DNA from: a virus
Reading direction: 5' to 3' (one strand)
Virus record (IMG/VR): IMGVR_UViG_3300045988_061000
Span: 1-41,614 of that record
DNA length: 41,614 bases
Made by a program: the position numbers and the translations under genes. The notes under the pieces are model-generated. The model ran no database searches. It saw nothing but the letters and a program-made list of their open reading frames with translations, and was not told the DNA's origin. Position 1 is the first letter of the stretch. Every line of letters begins with the position of its first letter. Shown here in pieces: positions 15,251-25,651 of this stretch.

Positions 15251-17155
15251 ATGAAAACGGCAAAAGAATTATGGCAATATGTTTCTAAAATGGGTCTAAA
15301 ACCACTGCCAAAAACGAGTGTTAGCCAATGGGCCGACGATTATCGCATGCTATCACAAGGCCTTTCTGCTGAACCAGGGCGATGGAAAACGAGTAGAGCG
15401 CCATATCAAAAAGATATTATGGATGCTTTTACGCAACCTGGTATCAATAGGGTAGTGGTTAAGAGCGCCAGTCAAGTTGGAAAATCAGATATCATGAATA
15501 ATGTACTAGGGCGATACGCTCATCTTGACCCATGTGCAGTCATGATGATTCAGCCGACTATAGAATTGGCTCAAGATTATTCAAAGTCTCGTATCTCTCC
15601 GATGATCCGTGATACAAAAGTACTTTCACAAGTATTCTATGAAACAAAATCAGAAGACGGGGCCAAGACACGAGATGGAAAGAATACGATTTTATCTAAG
15701 CTCTTCCCTGGTGGACGTCTTATCATGTGTGGTGCGAACAGTCCAGCTGGATTGGCATCACGTCCTGTGCGTGTTCTACTTGCTGACGAAGTTGACCGCT
15801 TCCCAGATAGCGCTGGCACAGAAGGTGACCCAGTAGACCTTGCTGCAAAACGTATGACAACGTTCTGGAACAGGGTCATGGGGTTATTTTCTACGCCAAC
15901 TAATGAAGGTAGCTCACGAATCGATGTAGAGTATCAAACCGGAACACAAGAAGAATGGCAACATGAATGTCCTAATTGTGGTGAGTACCATTTGATACGA
16001 CATACTGAGATAGAATGTGAGACTGAGGAGCATAAGGATGCTAAAGGTCGGAAGATTGTAGTAGTTAGTGATGTGAAATGGCGGTGTCCAGATTGCGGAT
16101 CTACATTTTCTGAAGACGAAATGCGGAAAGTTCCTCAAAAGTACATATCGAAAAACCCGGCTGCGTTGCATAATGGCATACGCAGTTTTTTTGTAAATGG
16201 ATTCACATCTCCTTGGCTAACCTGGAATGACATCATGAGGGAATGGCTAGAGGCTAAAGGCGACCCTACACGTGAAAAGGTAGTAATGAATACGCGTTTC
16301 GGTGAATCATATGCACAACAAGGTGCCTTTGAAGACTATCAGCAATTCATTAGGCGCCGTGAAAAGTACGGTGCAGACATTCCTGATGGTGTATTACTGC
16401 TAACAGGTGCCGTCGATACACAAGACAATCGGTTAGAGTATGAAATCACCGGTTGGGGGTACGGCGAAGAATGTTGGGGAATATGTAAGGGCATTATCCT
16501 TGGGGAACCTGACAATAAAGCAACATGGGATGCACTTGATGCGGTACTTGATAAAGTATACCGATTTAAGAACGGCACAGGTCTTAAAGTGGCACGTGCT
16601 TTCATTGACTCCGGCGGTCACTACACGTCAAAAGTATATGAATACTGTGAAAAGAACTTCAGTAAGCAACGATTTGCCATCAAAGGTACGGCCGGAACAC
16701 CTGGTATACCGTTAAATTATAAGATTGGTAAAGCTTCGGGGAGCAAGATTCCACTTGTAATGCTAGGTGTTGACGATGGGAAACAACAGGTAATGAACCG
16801 ATTGGCCATCGATGAACCTGGAGCTAAGTACTTTCATTTCCCTTTGGATGAAGAATTCCTAGAAACTAGAGGGTATGACGAGTTGTATTTCAAAGGAATC
16901 ATTTCAGAACACAAAAAGAAAGTAAAACGTAAGGGCGTTATCCATGAAATATGGGAACCTACAGCAGGGGTTCGTAATGAACCATTAGACTTACGTGTAT
17001 ATAACCTAGCCTGTATGAATTCAATTCATCCTGATTGGGATAGATTGGCGGAAGTAGTCAAAGGTGGAGGCTATTCCACTACAACAGTAACTACTCCACG
17101 AAAGAAACCAGTGCGGAAACGCGTTCGTAGAGCTAGTAAAGTAGCAGATATTTAG
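15251..17155 (+). CDS. terminase large subunit, lambda GpA family
   Basis: 634 aa. Walker A-like KSASQVGKS and LLADEVDRF. Internal zinc-ribbon CPNCGEYH...CPDCGS typical of GpA-type terminases. Confidence 0.9.
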   Translation: MKTAKELWQYVSKMGLKPLPKTSVSQWADDYRMLSQGLSAEPGRWKTSRAPYQKDIMDAFTQPGINRVVVKSASQVGKSDIMNNVLGRYAHLDPCAVMMIQPTIELAQDYSKSRISPMIRDTKVLSQVFYETKSEDGAKTRDGKNTILSKLFPGGRLIMCGANSPAGLASRPVRVLLADEVDRFPDSAGTEGDPVDLAAKRMTTFWNRVMGLFSTPTNEGSSRIDVEYQTGTQEEWQHECPNCGEYHLIRHTEIECETEEHKDAKGRKIVVVSDVKWRCPDCGSTFSEDEMRKVPQKYISKNPAALHNGIRSFFVNGFTSPWLTWNDIMREWLEAKGDPTREKVVMNTRFGESYAQQGAFEDYQQFIRRREKYGADIPDGVLLLTGAVDTQDNRLEYEITGWGYGEECWGICKGIILGEPDNKATWDALDAVLDKVYRFKNGTGLKVARAFIDSGGHYTSKVYEYCEKNFSKQRFAIKGTAGTPGIPLNYKIGKASGSKIPLVMLGVDDGKQQVMNRLAIDEPGAKYFHFPLDEEFLETRGYDELYFKGIISEHKKKVKRKGVIHEIWEPTAGVRNEPLDLRVYNLACMNSIHPDWDRLAEVVKGGGYSTTTVTTPRKKPVRKRVRRASKVADI

Positions 17156-17163
17156 GAGGATGT

Positions 17164-17409
17164 ATGGCAACTAGTTATTCAAGTAAGCCAAGGCTCATTG
17201 ACGTACGGTTAGAGTGGTATGTCAAAGCCGAGGAAGCAATTTTGACTGGCCAAAGCTATACCATCGGAAATCGGACTCTTACAAGGGCAAATTTAGCCGA
17301 AGTAAGAAAAATGATTGATGACTTGGTAGCAAGGGGCGCCAAATTACCAGGTATGGACACTGATAATGGGCGTGGAAATCGGTCAAAACGGGTAGTTTTT
17401 AGGGATTAG
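17164..17409 (+). CDS. head-tail joining protein, lambda gpW-like
   Basis: 81 aa between TerL and portal. AEEAILTGQSYTIGNRTLTRANLAEVRKMIDDL fits the gpW pattern. Confidence 0.65.
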   Translation: MATSYSSKPRLIDVRLEWYVKAEEAILTGQSYTIGNRTLTRANLAEVRKMIDDLVARGAKLPGMDTDNGRGNRSKRVVFRD

Positions 17410-17418
17410 GAGAGCAAA

Positions 17419-19026
17419 ATGGCGAGAAAAAACAAGAAATTTAGCGCTAAAATAAGCAATCCGAGGGCTAAAAATAGCGGATATAGTGAGGGCGGTGCCT
17501 CTCGTGATAACAAATCATTAAAGGGATATAACCCTAGAAAACTGGGTTATAAGGCTGATATTGGTGCAAATCTATCAACTTTACGTGATAGATCCGCAGA
17601 TTTAGCTATCAATACACCGGTCGGCACGGCTGCAATCAATACGAGCACCACTCATACAGTTGGAGCAGGCCTCAATGTATTCCCTAAGCCTAAGTTCCAA
17701 ATCTTGGGAATCAGTGCAGAAGAGGCTAGGGCATGGGCTCGTAAGGTTCGCGCCGAGTTTGATTTATGGGCCGAATCAAAAGACTGTGATATTTATCGCA
17801 AGAACAATTTGTATGATATGCAAAGTATCGCATATCAAGGATATCTTACTGATGGTGATAGCTTCGCCGTATTCAGACGTAAGCCGACAACACCAGATAT
17901 GCCGTATACATTGCGACTTCAATTAATTGAAGGTAATCGTATAAGTAATCCTCTTACCAATTCCACATATGTTACAGGTGACCCAACTGGTGTTGAGGCA
18001 CTTAACCCAGATAATGGAAATCGCATATTGAATGGTGTAGAAATCGATACTGACGGTGCTATTGTAGCCTACTGGGTATCCAATCAAGTGCCAGGAGAAC
18101 CAATTACAAGTATGTTAACAACATGGGCAAGGGTCGAAGCATATGGCAAGCGCACAAGTATCCCAAATGTGCTTCAAATTAGTAATGATACTAGACCGGA
18201 GCAGTACCGAGGAGTGCCTTATTTAGCTCCGGTCATTGAAACATTAAAGCAAGTGTATCGATACACAAATGCAGAGCTCACCTCTGCCATTATTAAATCG
18301 TACTTTGCACTATTTTTTACGGAAGCAGTTACAAATTCAGGTTCGTTAAATGATATGTTGGCCGACAATGGTGTTGATGATCCGACGGAACCAGTAGTCG
18401 ATGTATCAGAATACAATTTAGGACCTGGTACATTGAACGCCTTACCGAAAGGCGTGGATGTTAAGAGCGTGGATGCTTCCAATGCTCAATCTACTTTTGA
18501 AGTATTTAGTACGCAACTCATCAAACAAGTAGGTGCTGCACTTAATCAGCCTTACGAAGTATTGATGAAGAACTTTAACTCCTCGTATTCTGCAAGCCGT
18601 GCGGCAATGTTACAAGCTTGGGAAGAATATAAACTACGGCGCAAGTGGTTCGCTCGTGACTTCTGTCAACCAATCTATGAGGTATGGCTAATGGAGGCTG
18701 TAGCGAATGGCCGAATTGAGGCGCCTGGTTTCTTTGATGATCCATTAATTCGTAAAGCATGGTGCAATGCTGATTGGTTTGGACCTACTATGTCAATCCT
18801 TGACCCTGTTAAGGATATGAATGGTAGTACACTTCGCGTTCAGAATGGTGTTTCCACTCGTGAACGTGAAGCGGCCGAAATGACAGGGACAGACCTTGAA
18901 GAGAACATTGCTCAACTTGCTTTTGAAAAGCAACTCATGGAGAAATATGGCATGGGGCTAGCTGATGTGGTTAATCCTTCCGTTGGCTCTAAATCTGAAG
19001 CGAAAGGAGGTGAAGAGGATGAATAA
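17419..19026 (+). CDS. portal protein, lambda family
   Basis: 535 aa, correct position and size. N-terminal SEGGASRDNKSLKGYNP...LRDRSADLAINTPVGTAAIN resembles the lambda gpB family. Confidence 0.9.
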   Translation: MARKNKKFSAKISNPRAKNSGYSEGGASRDNKSLKGYNPRKLGYKADIGANLSTLRDRSADLAINTPVGTAAINTSTTHTVGAGLNVFPKPKFQILGISAEEARAWARKVRAEFDLWAESKDCDIYRKNNLYDMQSIAYQGYLTDGDSFAVFRRKPTTPDMPYTLRLQLIEGNRISNPLTNSTYVTGDPTGVEALNPDNGNRILNGVEIDTDGAIVAYWVSNQVPGEPITSMLTTWARVEAYGKRTSIPNVLQISNDTRPEQYRGVPYLAPVIETLKQVYRYTNAELTSAIIKSYFALFFTEAVTNSGSLNDMLADNGVDDPTEPVVDVSEYNLGPGTLNALPKGVDVKSVDASNAQSTFEVFSTQLIKQVGAALNQPYEVLMKNFNSSYSASRAAMLQAWEEYKLRRKWFARDFCQPIYEVWLMEAVANGRIEAPGFFDDPLIRKAWCNADWFGPTMSILDPVKDMNGSTLRVQNGVSTREREAAEMTGTDLEENIAQLAFEKQLMEKYGMGLADVVNPSVGSKSEAKGGEEDE

Positions 19027-20101
19027 ATTTTGGTCTGTTAAGAATTTTGTAAATCAAGATGGTACCGGTCAATCTGAATTGATTTTGTATGGTGATATTT
19101 CTGATACCTCTTGGTGGGGTGATGAAATTACACCACGTGAATTTGCAAGTGACTTGGCTAGTTGTAATGGCAATGACCTAACAATGCGCATCAACTCTGG
19201 CGGTGGTGACGTGTTCGCAGCGCAAGCTATCCATAACATGATTAAGACTTATACAGGTAACGTAACAGCACACATTGATGGATTGTGCGCAAGCGCAGCT
19301 ACGATTATTGCGTGCGCTGCCGATAAAGTAATCATGCCAAGCAATGCCTTGTATATGATTCACAATCCATCCGTATATCTAGGCGATAGCTTTGATGCGG
19401 ACGGCTTAACTAAAATGGCTAACTATTTGACGAGTGTTAAACAAACAATTGCAAACGTTTATTTGAGCCGTAGCGACGTTTTGACACCTGAACAGGTAAA
19501 TACACTTATGGATGATGAAACGTGGCTCACGGCGGACGAGGCGAAGTCCTATGGCCTAATTGATGAAGTAGATACGGCGATTACTGATAAGGCTGTTATA
19601 AATAACGGAATGGTTATAGTTAACAAAGTATCTTGCAAATACTCGGCCAAGAATGAAGCCAAAATCAAACAATTTTTAACAAGTAAGGAGAAACCTATGA
19701 CTGAAAACCAATTCATGGCAAGCTTAAAAAGTTTGCTAGGTATTTCTACAAATGAACCTGCAGAAAACGCAGCAGTAACAGCAGAACGCGAACGCGTTGA
19801 AGCATTAAATGCGTTAAAAGGTGACAATGAAGTCGTCAATCGTTTAGTTGATGTGGCTGTTACAGAAGGTAAGACTGTAGATGAAGTAACACCTTTCATC
19901 TCTGCCGTATCTGATATCCCTGCAACTGATAACAAAGTAGTCGACCAAATTCGACAATTAGTTATTGATCAAATGGAATCCGGTGCAGATAAAGTAGCAC
20001 CTCAAGGTGCATCTACACCAGAAACCAACGATGCAGTAGCAAAAGCTAGTGCAATTGATGAAGTCGTAGCATTTGCGAATGCTAAGAAAGGCGGTAAATA
20101 A
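19019..20101 (+). CDS. head maturation protease / scaffold (ClpP/S49-like)
   Basis: Start set to the ATG at 19019, after AAAGGAGGTGAAG. INSGGGDVFAAQAIHNMI...GLCASAATIIACAADKVIMPSNALYMIHNP. The C-terminal half is scaffold-like. Confidence 0.85.
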   Translation: MNKFWSVKNFVNQDGTGQSELILYGDISDTSWWGDEITPREFASDLASCNGNDLTMRINSGGGDVFAAQAIHNMIKTYTGNVTAHIDGLCASAATIIACAADKVIMPSNALYMIHNPSVYLGDSFDADGLTKMANYLTSVKQTIANVYLSRSDVLTPEQVNTLMDDETWLTADEAKSYGLIDEVDTAITDKAVINNGMVIVNKVSCKYSAKNEAKIKQFLTSKEKPMTENQFMASLKSLLGISTNEPAENAAVTAERERVEALNALKGDNEVVNRLVDVAVTEGKTVDEVTPFISAVSDIPATDNKVVDQIRQLVIDQMESGADKVAPQGASTPETNDAVAKASAIDEVVAFANAKKGGK

Positions 20102-20439
20102 TGGCATATTTCGAACAAGTAAATGGTGTCGCAGCTGATTACCTATTAGGTGGTGGCGGTGTACCGGTATTAACTCAAAATGTAAAAGTAGCGGTGGGCG
20201 ATTATAAACGTGGCCAAGTTCTTGAAAACAACGCTGGTACATTCCAAAAAATCGCAAGTGGTAAGCCTGCAGGTATTGTAGTGTCTGATACTACTGCAAC
20301 TACTGACCATAATGTATTGACTGTATACATTTCTGGTCGCTTTAATCGTGAAGTATTGGTAGTTGACCAAACTTACAAAATTAATGATCATGAAGCGGAC
20401 TTCAAAGACGCTCACTTATTCTTAACTAGCATTAAATAG
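20101..20439 (+). CDS. head decoration protein (lambda gpD-like)
   Basis: 112 aa between the protease and the major capsid gene, matching lambda order. Confidence 0.5.
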   Translation: MAYFEQVNGVAADYLLGGGGVPVLTQNVKVAVGDYKRGQVLENNAGTFQKIASGKPAGIVVSDTTATTDHNVLTVYISGRFNREVLVVDQTYKINDHEADFKDAHLFLTSIK

Positions 20440-20451
20440 GGGGAACTACAT

Positions 20452-21501
20452 ATGGCAATTGATTTTAAAGATACATTTTCCTTAATGCAAGCTGTGGAAC
20501 GAATGAAAGCTCCAGCAAGTTTCTTGCTTGATACTTTCTTCCCTCAAGTTCCAGAAACTGCAATTTCTACTATCATTCCTGTAGAAACACGTAAGCGTGG
20601 TCGTACGTTAGCGCCTTTTGTAACTCGTGGCGCATCTGGTGTTAATGTTAAACGCGCTGGCTCTAAAATTGCTTTATATGAGGCACCTATGATGGGACCT
20701 CAAACGGTAATTAGTCCTGACCAACTCAATCAACGGTCTTTTGGTGAAAACATTGTATCTACAATAACACCTGCGCAACGTGCAACACGAATGCAAGCTG
20801 ACGACTTATCTTATTTGCAAGGTACAATCGTTAATCGTAAAAATAAAATGGCAGCAGAATTACTTACAACTGGTAAATGCAAAATCGAAGGTTATGCAGA
20901 TGATGGTAAAACTGTTTTAACTGATGAAATTGATTTCGAATTCGAACAGGATATCACACCAACTACTGCATGGGACCAAGCTGGTGCTGATATTTATAAC
21001 GACTTGAAATTAGCATCCGAAAAAATTCAAGAAAATGCAGGTATCGTACCAACTGTGTTGGTCGTTGGTAAAAATGTTGAAAAATACATTCTTGATAATG
21101 CGTCTATCAATAAGTGGTTAGCTATTCCAAACCGCGAAAATATATCTATGTTTAGCTTTGCACCTGAATATTTGTCTCCACAAGTTCGATATGTTGGCCG
21201 TATTATGTCCTTGAATATCGATGTGTACGCATACATTGAAACATACCGAGATGACGAAGGTAAAGTAAAACCATTTATTGGTGATGATGCAGCAGTATTA
21301 GGTATTCCTGGTCGTGGCCGTCAGCAACATGCAGCAGTAACATTGCTTAACGATGACAACCAATTCACAACATATGCAGGTATTTATGTGCCTAATTACT
21401 ATGGTAATAAGGGCACACAAGAATTAACGTTGACTGTATACTCTCGTTGTGTATTGATTCCGGAAACTATCGACGATTGGGCGACTATTAAGACTAAATA
21501 G
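20452..21501 (+). CDS. major capsid protein, lambda gpE family
   Basis: 349 aa. N-terminus ...PASFLLDTFFPQV...APFVTRGASG resembles the gpE family. Position fits. Confidence 0.85.
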   Translation: MAIDFKDTFSLMQAVERMKAPASFLLDTFFPQVPETAISTIIPVETRKRGRTLAPFVTRGASGVNVKRAGSKIALYEAPMMGPQTVISPDQLNQRSFGENIVSTITPAQRATRMQADDLSYLQGTIVNRKNKMAAELLTTGKCKIEGYADDGKTVLTDEIDFEFEQDITPTTAWDQAGADIYNDLKLASEKIQENAGIVPTVLVVGKNVEKYILDNASINKWLAIPNRENISMFSFAPEYLSPQVRYVGRIMSLNIDVYAYIETYRDDEGKVKPFIGDDAAVLGIPGRGRQQHAAVTLLNDDNQFTTYAGIYVPNYYGNKGTQELTLTVYSRCVLIPETIDDWATIKTK

Positions 21502-21515
21502 GGGGTAACCTACTT

Positions 21516-21752
21516 ATGAAAATCAGAGTATTAAAGGGTTATTTAGCACATGAAGGCGAGATGTATGGTAAAGGCGAAGTAGTCGATATCAAAAAGAAAG
21601 CGATTGCGTTGTCTTTACTTGAATCTGATAAGTTTGAATCTGCTGAAGATGATCCTGTTGAAGTACCGGAACCATTGGAAGTCGTTCCAGATGAACCGGA
21701 AGAAGAAATGGAATTACCTGAAGTTGATGCGGAAGTTACGGTGAAAAAATAA
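21516..21752 (+). CDS. small acidic protein
   Basis: 78 aa with a Glu/Pro-rich C-terminus, in the head-completion position. Confidence 0.5.
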   Translation: MKIRVLKGYLAHEGEMYGKGEVVDIKKKAIALSLLESDKFESAEDDPVEVPEPLEVVPDEPEEEMELPEVDAEVTVKK

Positions 21753-22105
21753 TGCGATTTAGAGATTACCTAGAAAGCGATATTGACGATGTATTCCTAA
21801 ATGAAGACGAGTTCGCCGAAGGGCATAATCTAAATGGCACAGTAGCTAAAGCGGTTATTCAATCGCCAACGGCGAGGGAGTCATTCTTGTCGAATGGCTC
21901 TCACGTATCAAATGACGGATTGCATGGGGTGTCCGTATTTGTGCATTGCAAATTAAAGGACATCCCTGAAATTCCATCACAGGGGAACGTATTCCGATTA
22001 GATGGTGATGTGTACATCGTTCAAAGTGCAACGGAAGAAGATGGACTTGTGTCTATCGAACTCAGAGCAGAAGCTAGAGGCGGTGTTGACGGATGGTTGA
22101 GCTAG
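21752..22105 (+). CDS. head-tail connector / head completion protein (tentative)
   Basis: 117-aa ORF coupled to its neighbours. Called by position only. Confidence 0.4.
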   Translation: MRFRDYLESDIDDVFLNEDEFAEGHNLNGTVAKAVIQSPTARESFLSNGSHVSNDGLHGVSVFVHCKLKDIPEIPSQGNVFRLDGDVYIVQSATEEDGLVSIELRAEARGGVDGWLS

Positions 22106-22626
22106 AACTTGATAAAGGTGCAGTGAAAACGATTGAAAAAGCACTGGAAACATTAAAAGAAGATAGAGTTCGACGTGTCTGCCAAGCCGCTTCGAAGCGT
22201 GCTGCAACAACCGCAAGAAAAGCAGGTACGCAAGCACTACGAAATATCTATGCTATCAAAGGTGTATCGGTTGTAAAGTCCGGTGTATCTATCAATAAAT
22301 TGAATGATGGCACAGAAATGCGTATCAAAGGCGGTTTTACTAGCGCTCAAAAGTACTTCAAAATTAAATCACTTAAGCGAAAAGGTGTGTTTGTATCGAT
22401 TAAAAAAGGCACAGAAACAAAGGTACCAAATGGCTTTGTTAGTGCATCAGGTATCTTTATGAAACGCCAAGGCAAGGACCGATACCCATTAAAGGGAATA
22501 TATGGGCCAGCCTTACCGCAAATGTTTGGTAATGAAAATGTTATGAATGCCATGCAAAAGGAAGGCATGGAAATGTATGAAAAGCGCTTATATCACGAAT
22601 TAGAGCGCGCGTTAGGAGGTAACTAA
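22093..22626 (+). CDS. tail completion protein, lambda gpZ-like
   Basis: 177 aa. ...VPNGFVSASGIFMKRQGKDRYPLKGIYGPALPQMF resembles the gpZ C-terminal pattern. Confidence 0.45.
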   Translation: MVELELDKGAVKTIEKALETLKEDRVRRVCQAASKRAATTARKAGTQALRNIYAIKGVSVVKSGVSINKLNDGTEMRIKGGFTSAQKYFKIKSLKRKGVFVSIKKGTETKVPNGFVSASGIFMKRQGKDRYPLKGIYGPALPQMFGNENVMNAMQKEGMEMYEKRLYHELERALGGN

Positions 22627-23105
22627 TGACACCATTAGACGTATCAGACGGCATTGCTGCCTATCTCATGAATGAGTTGCGCAAGCTAAATGAAACAAGT
22701 GATGTTACCACGAGCCCTATTCGAGTATGGAGCGGGTTTTTACCAAGAGTGGATAAGAATGAAGATAAGCGTAAGTTGTGCCCGGCCGTAGTAGTGCATC
22801 CGTACTCTGTTAGTGATGCGGATAGTTCGACGGTAGGTATTACTGTATTGGTAACTACTTATGATGAAGCCTTAACTAAAGGCCATGTCGGACTATATCA
22901 CCTATTAGAGGTAGTGCGTGAGCGGTTGTTATCTGATAACCCGGTAGCACTTAAATATGAAATTAAGGAGAATACCGTTAATACAACAATTCCTGATGAT
23001 CAACCATACCCTCAATGGGTTGGATATCTTGAATTTGAAGTGTATATTCCTGTTATTCGTAGGAATCTAAATAAGATATTTACCGATAACAAAGTAATTG
23101 AATAG
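22626..23105 (+). CDS. head-tail junction / tail terminator-like protein (tentative)
   Basis: 159-aa ORF. Called by position only. Confidence 0.4.
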   Translation: MTPLDVSDGIAAYLMNELRKLNETSDVTTSPIRVWSGFLPRVDKNEDKRKLCPAVVVHPYSVSDADSSTVGITVLVTTYDEALTKGHVGLYHLLEVVRERLLSDNPVALKYEIKENTVNTTIPDDQPYPQWVGYLEFEVYIPVIRRNLNKIFTDNKVIE

Positions 23106-23114
23106 GAGACAACG

Positions 23115-23342
23115 ATGAACCCTGTTGTATATGTTGGGCCTTCGTTCCGCAGTAGCCGGCTAAACCAATTCATGGTATTTAGCGATGGCGCACCACTGCC
23201 GGAAGCGGAAGACCCTATTTTTATGCATTTATTCGTGCCTTTGGATGAACTCAATCAAGCAATGATTGATGTGAGAACACAAGGTACACAATTAAATGTA
23301 TTCTATGTAAACGCATTGAAGAATTATAAAGGAGTGAAGTAA
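23115..23342 (+). CDS. hypothetical structural-module protein
   Basis: 75-aa ORF directly upstream of the sheath gene. Confidence 0.45.
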   Translation: MNPVVYVGPSFRSSRLNQFMVFSDGAPLPEAEDPIFMHLFVPLDELNQAMIDVRTQGTQLNVFYVNALKNYKGVK

Positions 23343-24782
23343 ATGGCCTTTTATCATGGCGTCAAAACAAGTGAGCAAGCTACCTCTGTAATTGCTCCTG
23401 TCCAAACTACTGCTGGCCTTCCAATTGTGTTCGGTACGGCACCAGTACACCTTACAGAAGACCCTAGCGCAGCAGTTAATAAGCCAATCATCTGCTATAG
23501 CTGGGAAGAAGCTGTCCAACAACTTGGCTATTCTGAAGATTGGACACATTTCACATTATGTGAAGCAATGTACGCACAATTCAAATTGTATGGCGTAGCT
23601 CCAATCGTATTTGTTAACGTATTGGATCCTGCTAAACATAAGAAATCCACTACAACAACTGCTACATTGACAGAAAAGAAATGCATCGTAAAAGCTGCAG
23701 TATTGCTTAATACCTTACAAGTATCTAGTGGCGGTCAAACAGGTGTGGCCAACACAGACTATACGGCTGCATTTGATGACAAGAATCAATTGATCATCTC
23801 TGTTATAAAAGGTGGCAAATTCGATTCCGCAACTACATTGAACCTCACATACGATGAACTTGATGTAGAAAACTTTGATTATAAAAACGTAATCGGCGGT
23901 GTGGATAGTAACGAAAAAGCAACAGGTTTTGAATTAATTGATACAATCTATCATCATTTTGGCATTGTACCTGGTCTAATTGCTGCACCTGGATTCTCTC
24001 AAAATCCTACAGTGGCTTCCGTAATGAAAGCAAAATCTCGTGTTATTAATAACTTATTTGGTGCGACTACGTTGGTAGATATTAATACTACACAAGTTGT
24101 TAAATACACAGATGCTTACGAATGGAAGAAAGGTAATAGTTATACAGGTGAATCTGAAGTCGTATGTTGGCCAATGGTTCGCAATGGCGATTATATGTTC
24201 CATATGTCTACACACATCATGGGTATTATTGGTAAATGCGATGCATCCAATAGCGATATTCCTACGTTATCGCCTTCCAATAAGTCTATGAACATCACAG
24301 GCTTGTGCTTAGCTAATGGTAAGGAAGTTATGCTTACACATTCCCAAGCTAACTTATTGAACTCTCAAGGTATTATGACAGCCGTTAATATCAATGGTTG
24401 GGTATCTTGGGGCAACTACACAGGTGCATATCCTGGCACGACTGATGTTAAGGATACATTTATTTGTGTACGTCGTTTCAATGATTGGGATGACCAAACA
24501 TTCATCTTAACGTATTGGCAAAAAGTAGATATGCCTATCTTGCCACGTAACATCAAGACAATTCTTGATAGTGAAACAATCCGTCTTAACGGTCTTACTT
24601 CTCGTGGATTTATATTAGGTGGTCGCATTGAATTTAAAGAAGCAGAAAACCCTACAACAGATTTGTTGAATGGTATTATTCGTTTCCACAAATACCGTAC
24701 ACCTCCAATTCCAGCGCAAGAAATTGAAAGCATTTCTGAATATGATGTGTCCTATTTCAAAACGCTATTTCAAACAGTATAG
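23343..24782 (+). CDS. contractile tail sheath protein
   Basis: 479 aa. N-terminus MAFYHGVKTSEQATSV...LPIVFGTAPVH is typical of Mu gpL/P2 FI-type sheaths. The tube gene follows. Confidence 0.85.
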   Translation: MAFYHGVKTSEQATSVIAPVQTTAGLPIVFGTAPVHLTEDPSAAVNKPIICYSWEEAVQQLGYSEDWTHFTLCEAMYAQFKLYGVAPIVFVNVLDPAKHKKSTTTTATLTEKKCIVKAAVLLNTLQVSSGGQTGVANTDYTAAFDDKNQLIISVIKGGKFDSATTLNLTYDELDVENFDYKNVIGGVDSNEKATGFELIDTIYHHFGIVPGLIAAPGFSQNPTVASVMKAKSRVINNLFGATTLVDINTTQVVKYTDAYEWKKGNSYTGESEVVCWPMVRNGDYMFHMSTHIMGIIGKCDASNSDIPTLSPSNKSMNITGLCLANGKEVMLTHSQANLLNSQGIMTAVNINGWVSWGNYTGAYPGTTDVKDTFICVRRFNDWDDQTFILTYWQKVDMPILPRNIKTILDSETIRLNGLTSRGFILGGRIEFKEAENPTTDLLNGIIRFHKYRTPPIPAQEIESISEYDVSYFKTLFQTV

Positions 24783-24798
24783 AAAGGGGTAATAAATC

Positions 24799-25332
24799 AT
24801 GGCATCTATCAATCAAGTACCGGAAGTACTTAATGACTTTCGTGTATATGAAGAAGGTTCTGACAACTGTTTAGGTGTTGCCAAAGTGGAATTACCTAGT
24901 GAATCTGTAATGACTCAAACTGTAAAAGGTGTGGGCATTGCAGGCGAAGTAGAAGCGCCAGTTATTGGACACTACTCCTCTATGGAAACTAAACTTACAT
25001 GGAACACTCCAACAGAAACTACACACCGACTTACAGGTGGCCGTGGCGTACGCTTAGAAGTACGTGGTGCTATCCAATGTTGGGATAGTGGTAAAGATAA
25101 ATATGTAATCGTGCCTACACGTGCCGTTATTCGTGGCCGTGCTAAATCTAAAGAAAATGGCACATATGAATCTGGCAATACTATTGATGCAACGAACACA
25201 ATCGAAACTACATACTTGAAACTAGAACAAGATGGCAAGGTAGTTCGTGAAATCGATAAATACGCCTATAAAGATTCTATTTCTGATGGTACGGACTTCC
25301 TTGGCGATGTTCGTGCTGCACTCGGTATTTAG
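24799..25332 (+). CDS. tail tube protein (P2 FII-like)
   Basis: 177 aa immediately after the sheath gene. VPEVLNDFRVYEEG...VAKVELPS pattern. Confidence 0.8.
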   Translation: MASINQVPEVLNDFRVYEEGSDNCLGVAKVELPSESVMTQTVKGVGIAGEVEAPVIGHYSSMETKLTWNTPTETTHRLTGGRGVRLEVRGAIQCWDSGKDKYVIVPTRAVIRGRAKSKENGTYESGNTIDATNTIETTYLKLEQDGKVVREIDKYAYKDSISDGTDFLGDVRAALGI

Positions 25333-25354
25333 TCTGTAGAAAGGACGATCACTA

Positions 25355-25651
25355 ATGAGTAAACATAACACTATGAACGAAACACATGAACAAACGGGTA
25401 TTGAATTAGTAAAAGCTGGCCATTCCTTACAATTTGAAGGAATCAGCGGTTATACATTAATTAAATGCGAAAAGTCTGCTAAGAATGAAGATAGAACAAT
25501 CACAGTTCCTGCATTATCTATGACATATCAAGCACATGTAGCAGCTGCCGCATGCGGTTGTAAAGTGGATGATATCTATAGCCTTCCGGCTGCCGATTTC
25601 ACTAGAGTGTGCTTAGAGGTACAGAATTTTTTGCTAAATTCCGAAAAATAA
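25355..25651 (+). CDS. tail assembly chaperone (gpE/gpG analogue)
   Basis: 98 aa between tube and tape measure. A slippery site lies near its 3' end. Confidence 0.65.
   Translation: MSKHNTMNETHEQTGIELVKAGHSLQFEGISGYTLIKCEKSAKNEDRTITVPALSMTYQAHVAAAACGCKVDDIYSLPAADFTRVCLEVQNFLLNSEK

Noticed and set aside
15325-15333. Near-copy of the core (TAGCCAATGGGCC) inside the large terminase gene; weaker near-copies occur at about 7984 and 38055
   Set aside because: They lack the full CCAATGGGGA and are not followed by a tip-like cassette. Recombination with the fibre cores would invert or delete essential structural genes. The CAATGGGG at 38055 simply encodes QWG in the second fibre-like protein and may be coincidence.
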